From contig CALWMK010000001.1 in the NCBI GenBank assembly GCA_944381825.1, forward strand, positions 13,598 to 77,597: 64,000 nt of DNA, read 5' to 3'. Position 1 is the stretch's first letter. Each line of letters opens with the position of its first letter. Below the pieces are notes generated by a model. The model had not been told where the DNA came from. It ran no database searches and saw only the letters and a program-made list of their open reading frames with translations. This document shows, piece by piece, positions 45,531-55,588 of this stretch. The position numbers were made by a program, and so were the translations under genes. Source of the stretch: an uncultured Clostridia bacterium (GTDB lineage: Bacteria > Bacillota > Clostridia > Christensenellales > UBA1242).

Positions 45531-46502
45531 TTAAATTAAATCGATTGCTTTTTTCAGTTTGTCAGTTTCTTCTAATTTTTTTGGCTTTAAAATTGTATCC
45601 AAATCAACATAATAGTTCATTCCTTGACTTCCAAAGAACATAACCATTTTAAATATTAAAATTAACATATAGCCAAGTGGCAAAAGTAAAAGAGTGGAAA
45701 GCACACCAAAAAGCAAACCTATTGAAAGTAATAATAATAGTAACATAGAAATTGTAGATAGGCATCTGAAAAATCTTCTGCCCACTGCCTTAATTCCCTT
45801 TGAAAAACCAACTTTCATATTACAATTATAAACAACAAGCGCTGGCATAAAACCACTTGTTAAGCAAATATTAAGACCCATTATAATGACAAATGAAACA
45901 ATCATCAGCAATGGCGCGAATATTAGCCAAATATCATTTAGCATGGCAAGATATAGAAAACCATATAAAGAGAATAACATTAAAACAATAAATGGCAATG
46001 ATACTAATGTTTTAATTAATGAATACAAAACACTTTTTCCAATTTTTCTAACATACATTCCAGTATAACTAACTTTTGAAAGACTAGACATACTACAATA
46101 AAGCACTTCGCCCACAGCTATATCACCCATAGAAATTAAAAATGGTTGAACAAAAAATAATATAAAAAAGATGTAAAACACTCCAAAACTGTTATTAACA
46201 AACAATTCACTTATGCAAGCAAACAAACTTTGCAAAGCTTGCCAAACATAAACAAAATAATCTTTTAATGAGTAAAAAGGAAAGTGCAAAAACAAATTTT
46301 TAATATTTTCAAAAAACAAGGGTGTCGACTCAAGTGATAAAAAATTATTTAAAGTTGGCAAAAGCAACAATGAACATACGCCTAAAATAATAATTCTATA
46401 TAAAAGCTCTTTCCAAAAAAGAGAAAAATTTGCAAAAAGCAATCTAAAGCTATTTCTAAACATCATAATAAAATAAAAGCTCCTAAAATAGTATATTAAC
46501 AA
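45531..46502 (-). CDS. Polytopic membrane protein of unknown function (about 310-323 aa).
   Basis: Hydrophobic ORF in the track. The true start may be an internal MMFRNS. Confidence 0.6.
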   Translation of the reverse strand: MLIYYFRSFYFIMMFRNSFRLLFANFSLFWKELLYRIIILGVCSLLLLPTLNNFLSLESTPLFFENIKNLFLHFPFYSLKDYFVYVWQALQSLFACISELFVNNSFGVFYIFFILFFVQPFLISMGDIAVGEVLYCSMSSLSKVSYTGMYVRKIGKSVLYSLIKTLVSLPFIVLMLFSLYGFLYLAMLNDIWLIFAPLLMIVSFVIIMGLNICLTSGFMPALVVYNCNMKVGFSKGIKAVGRRFFRCLSTISMLLLLLLSIGLLFGVLSTLLLLPLGYMLILIFKMVMFFGSQGMNYYVDLDTILKPKKLEETDKLKKAIDLI

Positions 46503-46645
46503 AAATATTATTAAATCATTAAATAAATTTAATGTTTGAAACTAAAATCTTGTTTTAATTATAAGACATAATTTAAAAAAAATCAAGAAAAATTTAAATT
46601 CTATTTCACGAATTAAAACTCAAAGATTTTCCTTTATTTATCAAC

Positions 46646-46682
46646 AAAAAAACATATTAAATACTAAAATATCTAATATGTT
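46646..46682 (-). terminator. Intrinsic terminator after the 730-aa lipoprotein gene.
   Basis: Stem AACATATTA/TAATATGTT flanked by A- and T-runs. Confidence 0.55.
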
Positions 46683-46718
46683 TTTTAAAAAATTTATTTA
46701 ATGCAATTTTTTTAAATT

Positions 46719-48911
46719 TTATTGTGCATCATAAAGTCCAATGATTGCTCCCATTCCATTATAGAGATATAAGTTAATATAATCACCCTCGGAATAAGAT
46801 TTGCCGGTCGTAATTGAAGAATCTGTATTAGCGGTTCCAAATCCACTATTTATATATCCTCCATTTCCATTAGATTCAAGATATATTAATGAACTTCCAT
46901 AAGCCTTATTCATAAGAGAGTCATTTTTGTCCATATCAAGACCAAAGGTTGTATATTCTTGAGTTTGTCCATTTAAAGCATAATATTTTTCGTATTCCCC
47001 CATGTTTTTAAACATACGAATATGTCCACCTATTCTTTCACCTGTCAAACTAGGTGAACCACCTTTTTTCATTGCGGCAACAATATTTAAAAGAGGTATT
47101 TGAACTCCATTGTCATCAACGTAACCAGCATAAATGGTTTTTCCTGTTGGAGCAAGTCCATTAGGTTGACCTTCAGCCGTCATACCAGAATAAAGTTGTT
47201 CTGCAGTTGTTAATTGACCTACAAGTTCTCCAGCACCATAATAGGTAAACCATGGTTCTTTACCAGTTACTTTTGACCTTATAATAGTGTTGACAAAATC
47301 AGTTCTTGCCGCATAACCTGTTTTATAGTCAGTTCCCGAATACTCATGGTCGGTAATTATAGCTGGACCACCAGCAGATATAAATTCGCTGTCTTTAACC
47401 AACATATTTTCGCCACCATATGAATATAGTAAACATTGATATGAATTATATCCCTTACATTTTTCAATAATAAAATTGCCATCAAATTCGTTATTATCAT
47501 CACCATATATCACAAAATATCCAATGTAAAAATTATTATTAAAAGTGTTATATGCGTGTAAATTTACATATCTTTGTTTCATCAAAAGAATTGCTCCAGA
47601 ATTTTTTGGATCATTATTTTTTTCACCATTGCCTATAAAAGAAATATTTTTCCAATTTACTAAAGTTGGTTTTGAAATTTCTGAAGTTTGCTTGTCGTTG
47701 TAAAAAACACACATATGAGCAGTCATAATTTCATTTTTTCCATCTTTTGCAAATACCCCTTCATTGTCACTGCCGTCATGACCTTGAATAACCATTTTTG
47801 GGAACTCTTTTAAACTTACTGAAAAATAGTTTCCAATAAAATTAAATGTTTCTCCATTTGTGACTACTCGCTTATAAATGCCAGTATTATAATAGTCAAT
47901 AGGTGTTCCAACTATTGTTTGGTCGGTTTGAGATTTAACACTTGGATAAGAATCAACTCTCTCTTGTGTCCAAAAAACATCTTCACGCACATCGTCTTTT
48001 TTAATATTGATATCATCTTGCAAAATTATTCCGTTTGTCACAAAATCTGAACCTTCTAACTTACTTTTAATATCATTCCAACCAGACTGAGAATTGTCAT
48101 AGTAAGCAAGCTGTTTTGCATTATAAACATTGTAACCATCTACAACTTCTAATTCTGCAACAAATTTTGTCGCAGCTTCTTCATAGTCTTGGTCCCTATT
48201 TGCGGCTTCAACAGTTACTCTAAACCTTTTTCCAACCGCATCTTGTGAAAAATCTAATGTTGAATATTCGGTGTCTATTTGAACAAGAGCATCTAGCTCT
48301 GCGCCTGTAAGTTTTTCGTAAACACCTTGATTGTCAATTTCAACCATAATGTTTGTTCTAACTTTAGTAAGTCCTGAAACCAAATTTCCAGTAGCATCTA
48401 CTCCACTAGCAATAATCCTAAAATTAAAAACATTATCATCACCTACAAATAAAGGTTGATTCGAATCATAAAACTCTGACTTTTCAACAGCTTGTCCACC
48501 CTCATCTTCAACAAAGTTAAATTTTCCATTTTTAGCACTATTAAAGTCTGTTAAAAGTTGGCTTTCAAGTTGATTGATTGAAACAACATCGGCATCTGAA
48601 GCAACAACTTTTATTTTTACCTTAAAACTAAAATCTTTATAAGTAATCATTAAATCTTGTTCGCCTAAAACTGAGGAATCAAAAGCACTGAAAGTAAGAT
48701 TATCAGAAGAAATTTCTTCCAATGTATTGTCTGAATATTTAAAAACAGCAATAACATTAGAAGTGTCAAGAACAGAATCTTTGATTATACTTGTTGCTAA
48801 TGTTCCAGCTTTAACATAGCCAGATGTAATTTTTGTACCAAAGCATGCGACACAAAAAACAGAGCAAAGCATTAGTACCATGGTTAATAAAAAGTGTTTT
48901 ATTTTTTTCAT
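46719..48911 (-). CDS. Surface lipoprotein, 730 aa, with an N-terminal Ig-like domain and a large uncharacterised domain.
   Basis: MKKIKHFLLTMVLMLCSVFCVAC signal peptide plus lipobox. A Big_3-like segment (DLMITYKDFSFKVKIKVV). The rest is unrecognised. Confidence 0.7.
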   Translation of the reverse strand: MKKIKHFLLTMVLMLCSVFCVACFGTKITSGYVKAGTLATSIIKDSVLDTSNVIAVFKYSDNTLEEISSDNLTFSAFDSSVLGEQDLMITYKDFSFKVKIKVVASDADVVSINQLESQLLTDFNSAKNGKFNFVEDEGGQAVEKSEFYDSNQPLFVGDDNVFNFRIIASGVDATGNLVSGLTKVRTNIMVEIDNQGVYEKLTGAELDALVQIDTEYSTLDFSQDAVGKRFRVTVEAANRDQDYEEAATKFVAELEVVDGYNVYNAKQLAYYDNSQSGWNDIKSKLEGSDFVTNGIILQDDINIKKDDVREDVFWTQERVDSYPSVKSQTDQTIVGTPIDYYNTGIYKRVVTNGETFNFIGNYFSVSLKEFPKMVIQGHDGSDNEGVFAKDGKNEIMTAHMCVFYNDKQTSEISKPTLVNWKNISFIGNGEKNNDPKNSGAILLMKQRYVNLHAYNTFNNNFYIGYFVIYGDDNNEFDGNFIIEKCKGYNSYQCLLYSYGGENMLVKDSEFISAGGPAIITDHEYSGTDYKTGYAARTDFVNTIIRSKVTGKEPWFTYYGAGELVGQLTTAEQLYSGMTAEGQPNGLAPTGKTIYAGYVDDNGVQIPLLNIVAAMKKGGSPSLTGERIGGHIRMFKNMGEYEKYYALNGQTQEYTTFGLDMDKNDSLMNKAYGSSLIYLESNGNGGYINSGFGTANTDSSITTGKSYSEGDYINLYLYNGMGAIIGLYDAQ

Positions 48912-49007
48912 ATTTTCTCCTTTTATTTATTTTTTGTTTGAAACGTGCTTCAAACTCTTTGGAATTAGTCTTCCATTTATATAAAGCGTTATACGCAATA
49001 TATCAAT

Positions 49008-49454
49008 TTAATAAACCCAAATTTTAACTTCATCAAAAACACGGGTTCCATCGGTAGACATAATTTTTAAATTAAATACCACCTTTCCTGAAAAAAGTAT
49101 CAGTCCCAGTTCATTATCATTTTCATCTTTTACAAAGTTTACACGAGTTAAACTTTCATTGTAGATAAATTTAACAGTCTTAGAAGTGGCATTATCTGGT
49201 AAAACTCTCCATGAAAGTTGCAACATTGTTCCAGTCAAATTTTCAGCATCTCCGGGTGTTGTGAATTTAAGTTTTATAAGTTTCATTCCATTGTCCTGTG
49301 TAACCTCGGTTTTTGAATCTGTTTCATTCAAACAAATGATTTTATTAACAGGAATAATTTCATTGTAAACAACAGATTTCATACCAAATACAGAAATCAC
49401 TACTACAGAAGCCACATAAACTATTGCAATTAAAATTAATGTAGACTTTTTCAT
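49008..49454 (-). CDS. TM-anchored Big_2-domain protein, 148 aa.
   Basis: N-terminal TM segment, then the LSWRVLPDNATSKTVKF pattern typical of Big_2 domains. Confidence 0.65.
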   Translation of the reverse strand: MKKSTLILIAIVYVASVVVISVFGMKSVVYNEIIPVNKIICLNETDSKTEVTQDNGMKLIKLKFTTPGDAENLTGTMLQLSWRVLPDNATSKTVKFIYNESLTRVNFVKDENDNELGLILFSGKVVFNLKIMSTDGTRVFDEVKIWVY

Positions 49455-49455
49455 G

Positions 49456-51102
49456 TCACCTCTCCTTATAATAGACCTTTATTTTGTTTATATAAGACCA
49501 AACTCTATAGATTAGAAAAAGTAGAGCAATAAACAAAATTCTATACCAAATATAATATTGATTTTCAGCTATGAAAAAATAAGTTAAAAAGGCAAAGATG
49601 GCAGAAATTAAAAATGAAGACAAAACCGACTTGATATCATTAGGATTATTTACATGTGTGCCAGTGGTTTGATAATGAACATCTTGAGGATTCATAATAT
49701 CTAGTTCTAGGCTATATAGCAAATGTGAAATATAAATAGCCTGTAGCGCAATGAAAATCAAAAATGTACTCCAAACAGAAATTTTCGCAAAAATTGAAAA
49801 AATTATCACTGATGTTAAAATTGACAAACTCATTGAAATAAAATTGATAAAACTCTTACTTAATAAATTTTTAATATAAGAATTTGGAGTAGTTTTAATT
49901 AAATAACTAGAAGCACCTTCCTCACTTATGGCATGTGCCATTGAAGTGTTTGAAGCAAGTGAAATAAGTAAAATCATTAAAATATTAAACGCTATCGTCA
50001 TAAAACCACCGGCAAGTCTTGTGTCCATTGCTGCATAGATTTTGTTGAGCAAAAAAATGGAGATGGGAAGCCCAATTACAACAAACAAAAGCCCATAAAT
50101 CTTTTCGGTCATTCTAAATATTGTGATACACTCCTTTTTAAGAGAAGAAACAAAAGAAGAATGCTTTGAGTTTTGTATGTGTTTTAGAACTTTTTTCTTT
50201 TTGTATTCAAACGGAGTGCTTGCCATTTTGAAAAATAGAGGTTTCACAATTAAATAGGTGATTGTTAAAACTAATACAATGACGCCAATTACACCTAAAA
50301 CACTTAAAATTTGTGTTTTATTAAACAAATTATTTGAAACGCCATATCTTTCACCAATAATGCTATTGGCAACCCATACAAGTGGAATGAAAATTTTGTT
50401 AAAATTTTCTAAAAAACTTTGTATTTTCCAAAAAGTTGTACCCCAAGTTCCAATAAGATCAAAATTTGATGGAATTGCATTTATAATCACTATAATTCCA
50501 ACAATAGTTGCAGAAATAAAGGCAGTGATAAGAATGTATTCAAGCCATCTTTGATGCTTGACAAAACTTGAAATAAACATCATTGGAATAGATAACAAAG
50601 CACCAAGCACAACTGGTAATGCTGTAACAAGTAAAAATGAAACTAAAAGCCAAAAATAAAAATAAAAAGGAAGAGCATTGATAAGACCGTATGCCACAAA
50701 TAATGGCAACATGTATGTTGTATTTCTAATTATTTCATATATATAAAAAACTATTAATTTGGAACTAAAAATGGTTGTTTTGCTTGCTGGTAAGGTTAGC
50801 AAAACTTGATTATCTTTTGCAAAGTACAAATTTTTTATTAAACCAAATGTGCAGACAATTACCGAAAGAATAAACATGATTGAAAAAACCAAAACAAAAA
50901 AATTTTGAGGAATCCCAGGTAAAATGGAAACCAATCTAAGAGAACTTAAAATACTAAATCCGACATAAATCATGGCAGTTATAATAACAAACTTGAGCAA
51001 AGACAAAACCACTTTAAAAATGGTTTGTTTTTTGCTTTTTAAAAACGACAAATTTAATTTGTCTTTTAGTTGCATAGCCACTAATGTTTTTAATTTTTTC
51101 AT
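49456..51102 (-). CDS. Polytopic permease-like protein (putative ABC exporter membrane component), 548 aa.
   Basis: At least 10 hydrophobic segments. It starts 10 nt after the ABC ATPase fusion gene, and the next gene starts 1 nt after it ends. Confidence 0.6.
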   Translation of the reverse strand: MKKLKTLVAMQLKDKLNLSFLKSKKQTIFKVVLSLLKFVIITAMIYVGFSILSSLRLVSILPGIPQNFFVLVFSIMFILSVIVCTFGLIKNLYFAKDNQVLLTLPASKTTIFSSKLIVFYIYEIIRNTTYMLPLFVAYGLINALPFYFYFWLLVSFLLVTALPVVLGALLSIPMMFISSFVKHQRWLEYILITAFISATIVGIIVIINAIPSNFDLIGTWGTTFWKIQSFLENFNKIFIPLVWVANSIIGERYGVSNNLFNKTQILSVLGVIGVIVLVLTITYLIVKPLFFKMASTPFEYKKKKVLKHIQNSKHSSFVSSLKKECITIFRMTEKIYGLLFVVIGLPISIFLLNKIYAAMDTRLAGGFMTIAFNILMILLISLASNTSMAHAISEEGASSYLIKTTPNSYIKNLLSKSFINFISMSLSILTSVIIFSIFAKISVWSTFLIFIALQAIYISHLLYSLELDIMNPQDVHYQTTGTHVNNPNDIKSVLSSFLISAIFAFLTYFFIAENQYYIWYRILFIALLFLIYRVWSYINKIKVYYKER

Positions 51103-51112
51103 TTTCTCACTC

Positions 51113-53347
51113 TTAATTTATAGCATCAGCCAATTTATTTTTTTGTGATTTTTTGTTTTCTACCAAACTTTCTTCCACTTCTTCGCTGGTAATTTTTAAA
51201 TAATATTGTTCCAAAGAACATTCTTTTTCAATATCCTTTACCCTTTGACATGTGAGTATTTTTCCTTTTTTTATTATTGCTATCCTATCGCATAGTTGTT
51301 CAACAATGTCTATTAAATGACTGCTAAAGAACACAATATTACCCTCTTGTGCATGAATTTTCATACATTCTTTAACTTGATAAATACTTTGAGGATCAAG
51401 TCCAGTTAAAGGCTCATCAAGAATCCAAACTTTGGGATTATGCACCAAGGCAGAAATAATTGTAATTTTTTGCTTCATACCATGACTATAAGTTTTTATT
51501 TGATTGTCAAAAGCACTTTCTAATTCAAACAATTCAACAAACTTTTTAATTGCCTTATTTCTATCTTCTAAAGAAACTTCATATAAGTCGGCGATATAGT
51601 TTATATATTCTCTACCTGTGAGTTTCTCATATAGAGCATAATGGTCTGGAACAAAACCAATATTCCTCTTCGCCATCACAGGTTGCTTGTCCACATCATA
51701 ACCACATACCTCAATACTTCCACTCGTGATGGGTTGAATTCCAACAATGCTTTTAATTATTGTGCTCTTTCCAGCACCATTGTGACCTAAAAAACCAAAT
51801 ATTTCTCCACCCTCTATCTCAAGATTTGCATCTTTAACAGCATAAACTTCACTTTTTCCATATCTTTTAGAAAAATTTCTTAAAATCAACTTGTTTTTAC
51901 CATTTTCGTTCATAGGTTCCTCCATACTTCTTCCCCCCAATGCAACTTCTAATGCAATTTGATCAGCTTTAATTTTTTTCTTTCTAGAGGCAATGTCATA
52001 AAGTGTGTCAACAGTAGTGTAAGCCGCCTCATACAAAAACCAAACTCCAGCACCAAGCACGACATAAACAAGAAAAAACAAAACTTGATAAACTGGATAA
52101 AAAGTAAATTTTAAATTTCCCAAATTAAAGCTCCAAATAACATTTCTTAAATTCTCAGCCCATGTTCCTAGTTTTTCAGCAATAAAATCACTATTCAAAA
52201 AAAAGTAATCCACAGAGCCATAATTGCTAAACCAAGCATTTAAAATTAGCACCAATAAAAAATATATCCCAAAGCCTATCATTGAATAAATAAATTCTCG
52301 AAGTTTTGGTCTTTTATAAACTTTTATTGCCACCATCAAAATTGGCATAAAGAAAGCTATAAAATGATTTATATAGAACACAACAAGTTGTGAACTAAAT
52401 AAGTTCAAAGCATCGGAATAATTTGGCATAGCTGTTGCGAGAAAAGCACCCAATACATTGATAAAATAAGTAAAATAGAAAAGCTTGTTCCATTTAAAAA
52501 TTAAGCATAAAGGAATTATATACATTGCAGTATTGCACAAGTGAAATGGCCAATGTGTGATATTTAAAAAACTATAAAATTTATAGTTCACACTAAAAGA
52601 AAGCAATGTTCCAAGACTGATATAAAGTAAAATTCCTCTTACCTCTTCACTATCCTTTTTTCTAAGTAAAAAATATAAACCAATAGGAATTAAAACAGAA
52701 AGATATAAAATTATTCTATGAGGAAAATTAACATCTTTTATAGGCATTGAATATTTAACATAACCAAAAATTGCTTCAAGCATGTATGGTGGCATGGTTG
52801 CAAGAAGCATGAAAAATATGTAAATGAATCCTTTTAAATCACTTTTTGCAATTTTAAATTTATTATTTTCAAAAAAAACAATTAAACAAAATGCTAAAGT
52901 AAGTCCCAATTCAATTCCCAAAAGTAATGTTCTTATTTGAAACCCAACATATGCCTCTTTTCCAACAATGCCAATTGTTAAAAAATAAACAAAAAATATG
53001 CAAAGCAAACTAACTATTGTTCCAAAATACTTTAAAACAAAAGCATAGAGTGTTTTTTTAAAAAATGGATATAAAATCGCAAGAATGATGACTGAGTACA
53101 ATAACCAATTAAACAACAAACTAAAAAAAGTTAAAATTGGGCTAGAAATAGGAGAATTTGAAAGTTTGAAAACATCACTGATTGCATCATCTCCAAGCAT
53201 AAATCTAAAGAAAAAAATTAAAGCCAAAACCAACGAATAAATTTTAAGAATCTTATCCGAAAATTTTTTCTTTCGTTTTATTAAAAAATATCCTAAAATT
53301 GCAAAAAGTGCAAAGTTAAAAATGCTAATTAACTGTCCTACTAACAC
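51113..53347 (-). CDS. Fusion protein: a polytopic membrane domain of about 480 aa (possible YwaF/TMEM164-like segment) joined to a C-terminal ABC ATPase.
   Basis: The C-terminus carries Walker A GHNGAGKST, the signature SHGMKQK, Walker B WILDEPLTGLD and an H-loop SSH. The N-terminal part has many TM helices, including WPFHLCN. Confidence 0.75.
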   Translation of the reverse strand: MLVGQLISIFNFALFAILGYFLIKRKKKFSDKILKIYSLVLALIFFFRFMLGDDAISDVFKLSNSPISSPILTFFSLLFNWLLYSVIILAILYPFFKKTLYAFVLKYFGTIVSLLCIFFVYFLTIGIVGKEAYVGFQIRTLLLGIELGLTLAFCLIVFFENNKFKIAKSDLKGFIYIFFMLLATMPPYMLEAIFGYVKYSMPIKDVNFPHRIILYLSVLIPIGLYFLLRKKDSEEVRGILLYISLGTLLSFSVNYKFYSFLNITHWPFHLCNTAMYIIPLCLIFKWNKLFYFTYFINVLGAFLATAMPNYSDALNLFSSQLVVFYINHFIAFFMPILMVAIKVYKRPKLREFIYSMIGFGIYFLLVLILNAWFSNYGSVDYFFLNSDFIAEKLGTWAENLRNVIWSFNLGNLKFTFYPVYQVLFFLVYVVLGAGVWFLYEAAYTTVDTLYDIASRKKKIKADQIALEVALGGRSMEEPMNENGKNKLILRNFSKRYGKSEVYAVKDANLEIEGGEIFGFLGHNGAGKSTIIKSIVGIQPITSGSIEVCGYDVDKQPVMAKRNIGFVPDHYALYEKLTGREYINYIADLYEVSLEDRNKAIKKFVELFELESAFDNQIKTYSHGMKQKITIISALVHNPKVWILDEPLTGLDPQSIYQVKECMKIHAQEGNIVFFSSHLIDIVEQLCDRIAIIKKGKILTCQRVKDIEKECSLEQYYLKITSEEVEESLVENKKSQKNKLADAIN

Positions 53348-53461
53348 GACTATTCTCCAAATTATTGTATACTTTTATTTTGTAACAAATAAAAGTTTTT
53401 ATTTGTGTATTGATAAAATAAGCAAATTAAAATAAATAGACGCAAAAATTGCATCAAAATT

Positions 53462-53881
53462 TTAACATAATAATTTTGAATTTAAATTTAAAGATTTAAA
53501 ATTCAAACAAAGTTGCCCTTCTTCCAATTTTTTTTTGAATGAAATATTTTTAAAAATATTAAATGACAATAATTCCCTTTGTTTAATGTTGATTATCACA
53601 ACATATAAACAAAATAAAAATAAATCAAAAAATAAAAAATTTAAAATATAAATGAATTCAAAATTAAATATAATTAAATTATTATATAAAAATTGAATAT
53701 TTTGATTGATATAATATTGAAAAGTTTTAATATTTAAATTATAAGACAGCTGTTTAATCTCATAAAAAAAATAATTTGACAAAACTATTAAAACACATAC
53801 TAATAATTTGGCAAAAAACAGCAAATCATGTTTACTTTTTTTTCTATTAAATTCCACCATTATATTATTCATTTGTAACAT
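53462..53881 (-). CDS. Doubtful low-complexity ORF (139 aa) in an extremely AT-rich spacer.
   Basis: Only the ORF-track entry supports it. Its composition matches AT-rich noncoding DNA, and I saw no RBS. Confidence 0.2.
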   Translation of the reverse strand: MLQMNNIMVEFNRKKSKHDLLFFAKLLVCVLIVLSNYFFYEIKQLSYNLNIKTFQYYINQNIQFLYNNLIIFNFEFIYILNFLFFDLFLFCLYVVIINIKQRELLSFNIFKNISFKKKLEEGQLCLNFKSLNLNSKLLC

Positions 53882-54000
53882 TATGGCATAAAAGTAATTT
53901 TTTTGTCAAATGATTATAATAATAATAGAAACAGCCTAAGAATAAAAATAAATGCTTATTGAGTTAATTTATATTGACACTTTTACAAATTCAATTCAAG

Positions 54001-54034
54001 AAAAAAAAACTGCCAAATGTTATGACAGTTTTTT
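54001..54034 (-). terminator. Terminator at the end of the phage-like late operon.
   Basis: Imperfect stem ACTGCC...GACAGT flanked by A9 and T6. Confidence 0.5.
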
Positions 54035-54053
54035 CTTGACAATGATTAATACT

Positions 54054-54338
54054 TTAATTTTTCTTTAAATCTTTTTCACTTGTTTCTTGAACATCATCTT
54101 CAATTTTGACTTCCTCCTCGTTAGCTTCATTTAACTCTTCAGATTCTTTTTCATCTGCTTTTGTAGGAGCGCTTACAACACCAAGAACAACAAGAACTCC
54201 ACAAATTGACATTATTATGTTTGATATGAGTTTATCTTCAATAGAAAAACCAAACATATTACCTATAGAATTAACCAAAAGAATAACTGCCGCCGACAAG
54301 CTTGTCCAAAAACTATAAGATTTAATTCTAGTTTTCAT
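54054..54338 (-). CDS. Holin, phi-LC3-like family.
   Basis: The FWTSLSAAVILLVNSIGNMFG ... VLVVLGVVSAPT pattern with an acidic C-terminal tail. Confidence 0.65.
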   Translation of the reverse strand: MKTRIKSYSFWTSLSAAVILLVNSIGNMFGFSIEDKLISNIIMSICGVLVVLGVVSAPTKADEKESEELNEANEEEVKIEDDVQETSEKDLKKN

Positions 54339-54564
54339 TTTTCTTCTCCTTTCTCTTTGGAAAAACCACTACATTCTTAATTTCTTCAACATTTTTGTCC
54401 ACATCTTCAATAACATTCAAATGTTTTGATAAACATTCAATGGTCTCTTGATATTTCTTTTCTCGTTTTGAACTGTCTTTTAATTGGTAAAACAATAGAA
54501 ATACAAATAATACAGCAAATAGACCATTGCTTATTGCAAGCGACATAATGTCTTCGATAAACAT
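54328..54564 (-). CDS. BhlA/UviB-family holin-like protein.
   Basis: A single N-terminal TM segment (GLFAVLFVFLLFYQLKDSSKREKKYQE) matches the remembered BhlA pattern. Confidence 0.65.
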   Translation of the reverse strand: MFIEDIMSLAISNGLFAVLFVFLLFYQLKDSSKREKKYQETIECLSKHLNVIEDVDKNVEEIKNVVVFPKRKEKKNEN

Positions 54565-54565
54565 A

Positions 54566-55588
54566 TTATCTCCTAGTCAACATTGTTGAATAAAGTTTAT
54601 TATAGTAGGTTTTAAAATTTGTTCTGAAATCGGGATTATTTTCAAGCAAGCTTACAGCCTCATCCTTAGGCAAAGACATTAAATATTCATAGGCAATATC
54701 ATATTTTTCTTTTTCTTTAATCATATCCAATTGATTTGTGCCATACTCGCCGTAATATTTCATGTTGTCAAGTTTTTGCTTGTTCAAATCATTTTGATAA
54801 TCTTGCAATTTTTCATTTCTTTCAAGTTCAAACTCTTTCTCTAACTGTTCCATTTTATTATTATATTCAATAACTTCTTGTTCTTTTTGATCTAACTTTT
54901 CATTCAAAGCAGAAATTTTTTCGGAAAGTTTAACTGCATAAGCAATATCAAATGCATCAAGAGCATTTTGTCTTTGAACTTCAAGCATACTTTTTTGATT
55001 ATTGAGTTTGTTAAAAGTGTCGTTATAATCTTTTTCTATTTTAGAAAATTCGGTAAGCATGTTTTTATCATATTCTGCAAGTTTATTAACAATAATTGAG
55101 GAACGAGCAAGCCCTCTTTTAATGGCATCATTAGATGCGTTGGTTTTTGCACTTTGGTAAGCTTCCTCTAATTGTGATTTAGATTGTTTTGTCGAAGAGT
55201 CTAAAGTTTCAAGCTGCTGGTCGATAGCAGTTTTGTTTGTTTTATAATCGTTCTCTATTTGATTTAAAGAAGCGTTTTTATATTCGCTTAGTCCTTCTTG
55301 AGCTTGTTTTTCGACCTCTTTTTCATCTGGTCTTTCAAATTGCTTTCTTTCCAGCTCAAGACTTTGATTAAATGAATCACTCTTGTCTTCTAAGTTAATT
55401 TCATATTTTTTATCAATATCCTTAAAAGCTTTGAAAACATCATCAACGCTTTTTGTTTTGTTTTCAATTTCTTTTGATTCTTTATCGGAAAATGAGTATT
55501 GATACATCTGTTCCTCCTTTGGATTTATGATTTTTTTGTAATATTTTTTTCTACGCAAAATTTTAAATTGATGTTTCAAATAACTCAC
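54566..55588 (-). CDS. Coiled-coil phage structural protein, 340 aa (position equivalent to the P22 gp26 needle).
   Basis: Long heptad-like, charged sequence. Its GTG start overlaps the upstream TGA (GTGA). Confidence 0.5.
   Translation of the reverse strand: MSYLKHQFKILRRKKYYKKIINPKEEQMYQYSFSDKESKEIENKTKSVDDVFKAFKDIDKKYEINLEDKSDSFNQSLELERKQFERPDEKEVEKQAQEGLSEYKNASLNQIENDYKTNKTAIDQQLETLDSSTKQSKSQLEEAYQSAKTNASNDAIKRGLARSSIIVNKLAEYDKNMLTEFSKIEKDYNDTFNKLNNQKSMLEVQRQNALDAFDIAYAVKLSEKISALNEKLDQKEQEVIEYNNKMEQLEKEFELERNEKLQDYQNDLNKQKLDNMKYYGEYGTNQLDMIKEKEKYDIAYEYLMSLPKDEAVSLLENNPDFRTNFKTYYNKLYSTMLTRR

Noticed and set aside
53348-54053. The AT-rich tract as a replication origin.
   Set aside because: It has only one imperfect DnaA-box-like word (TTATCACA), no dnaA or dnaN nearby, and no switch of gene orientation across it.
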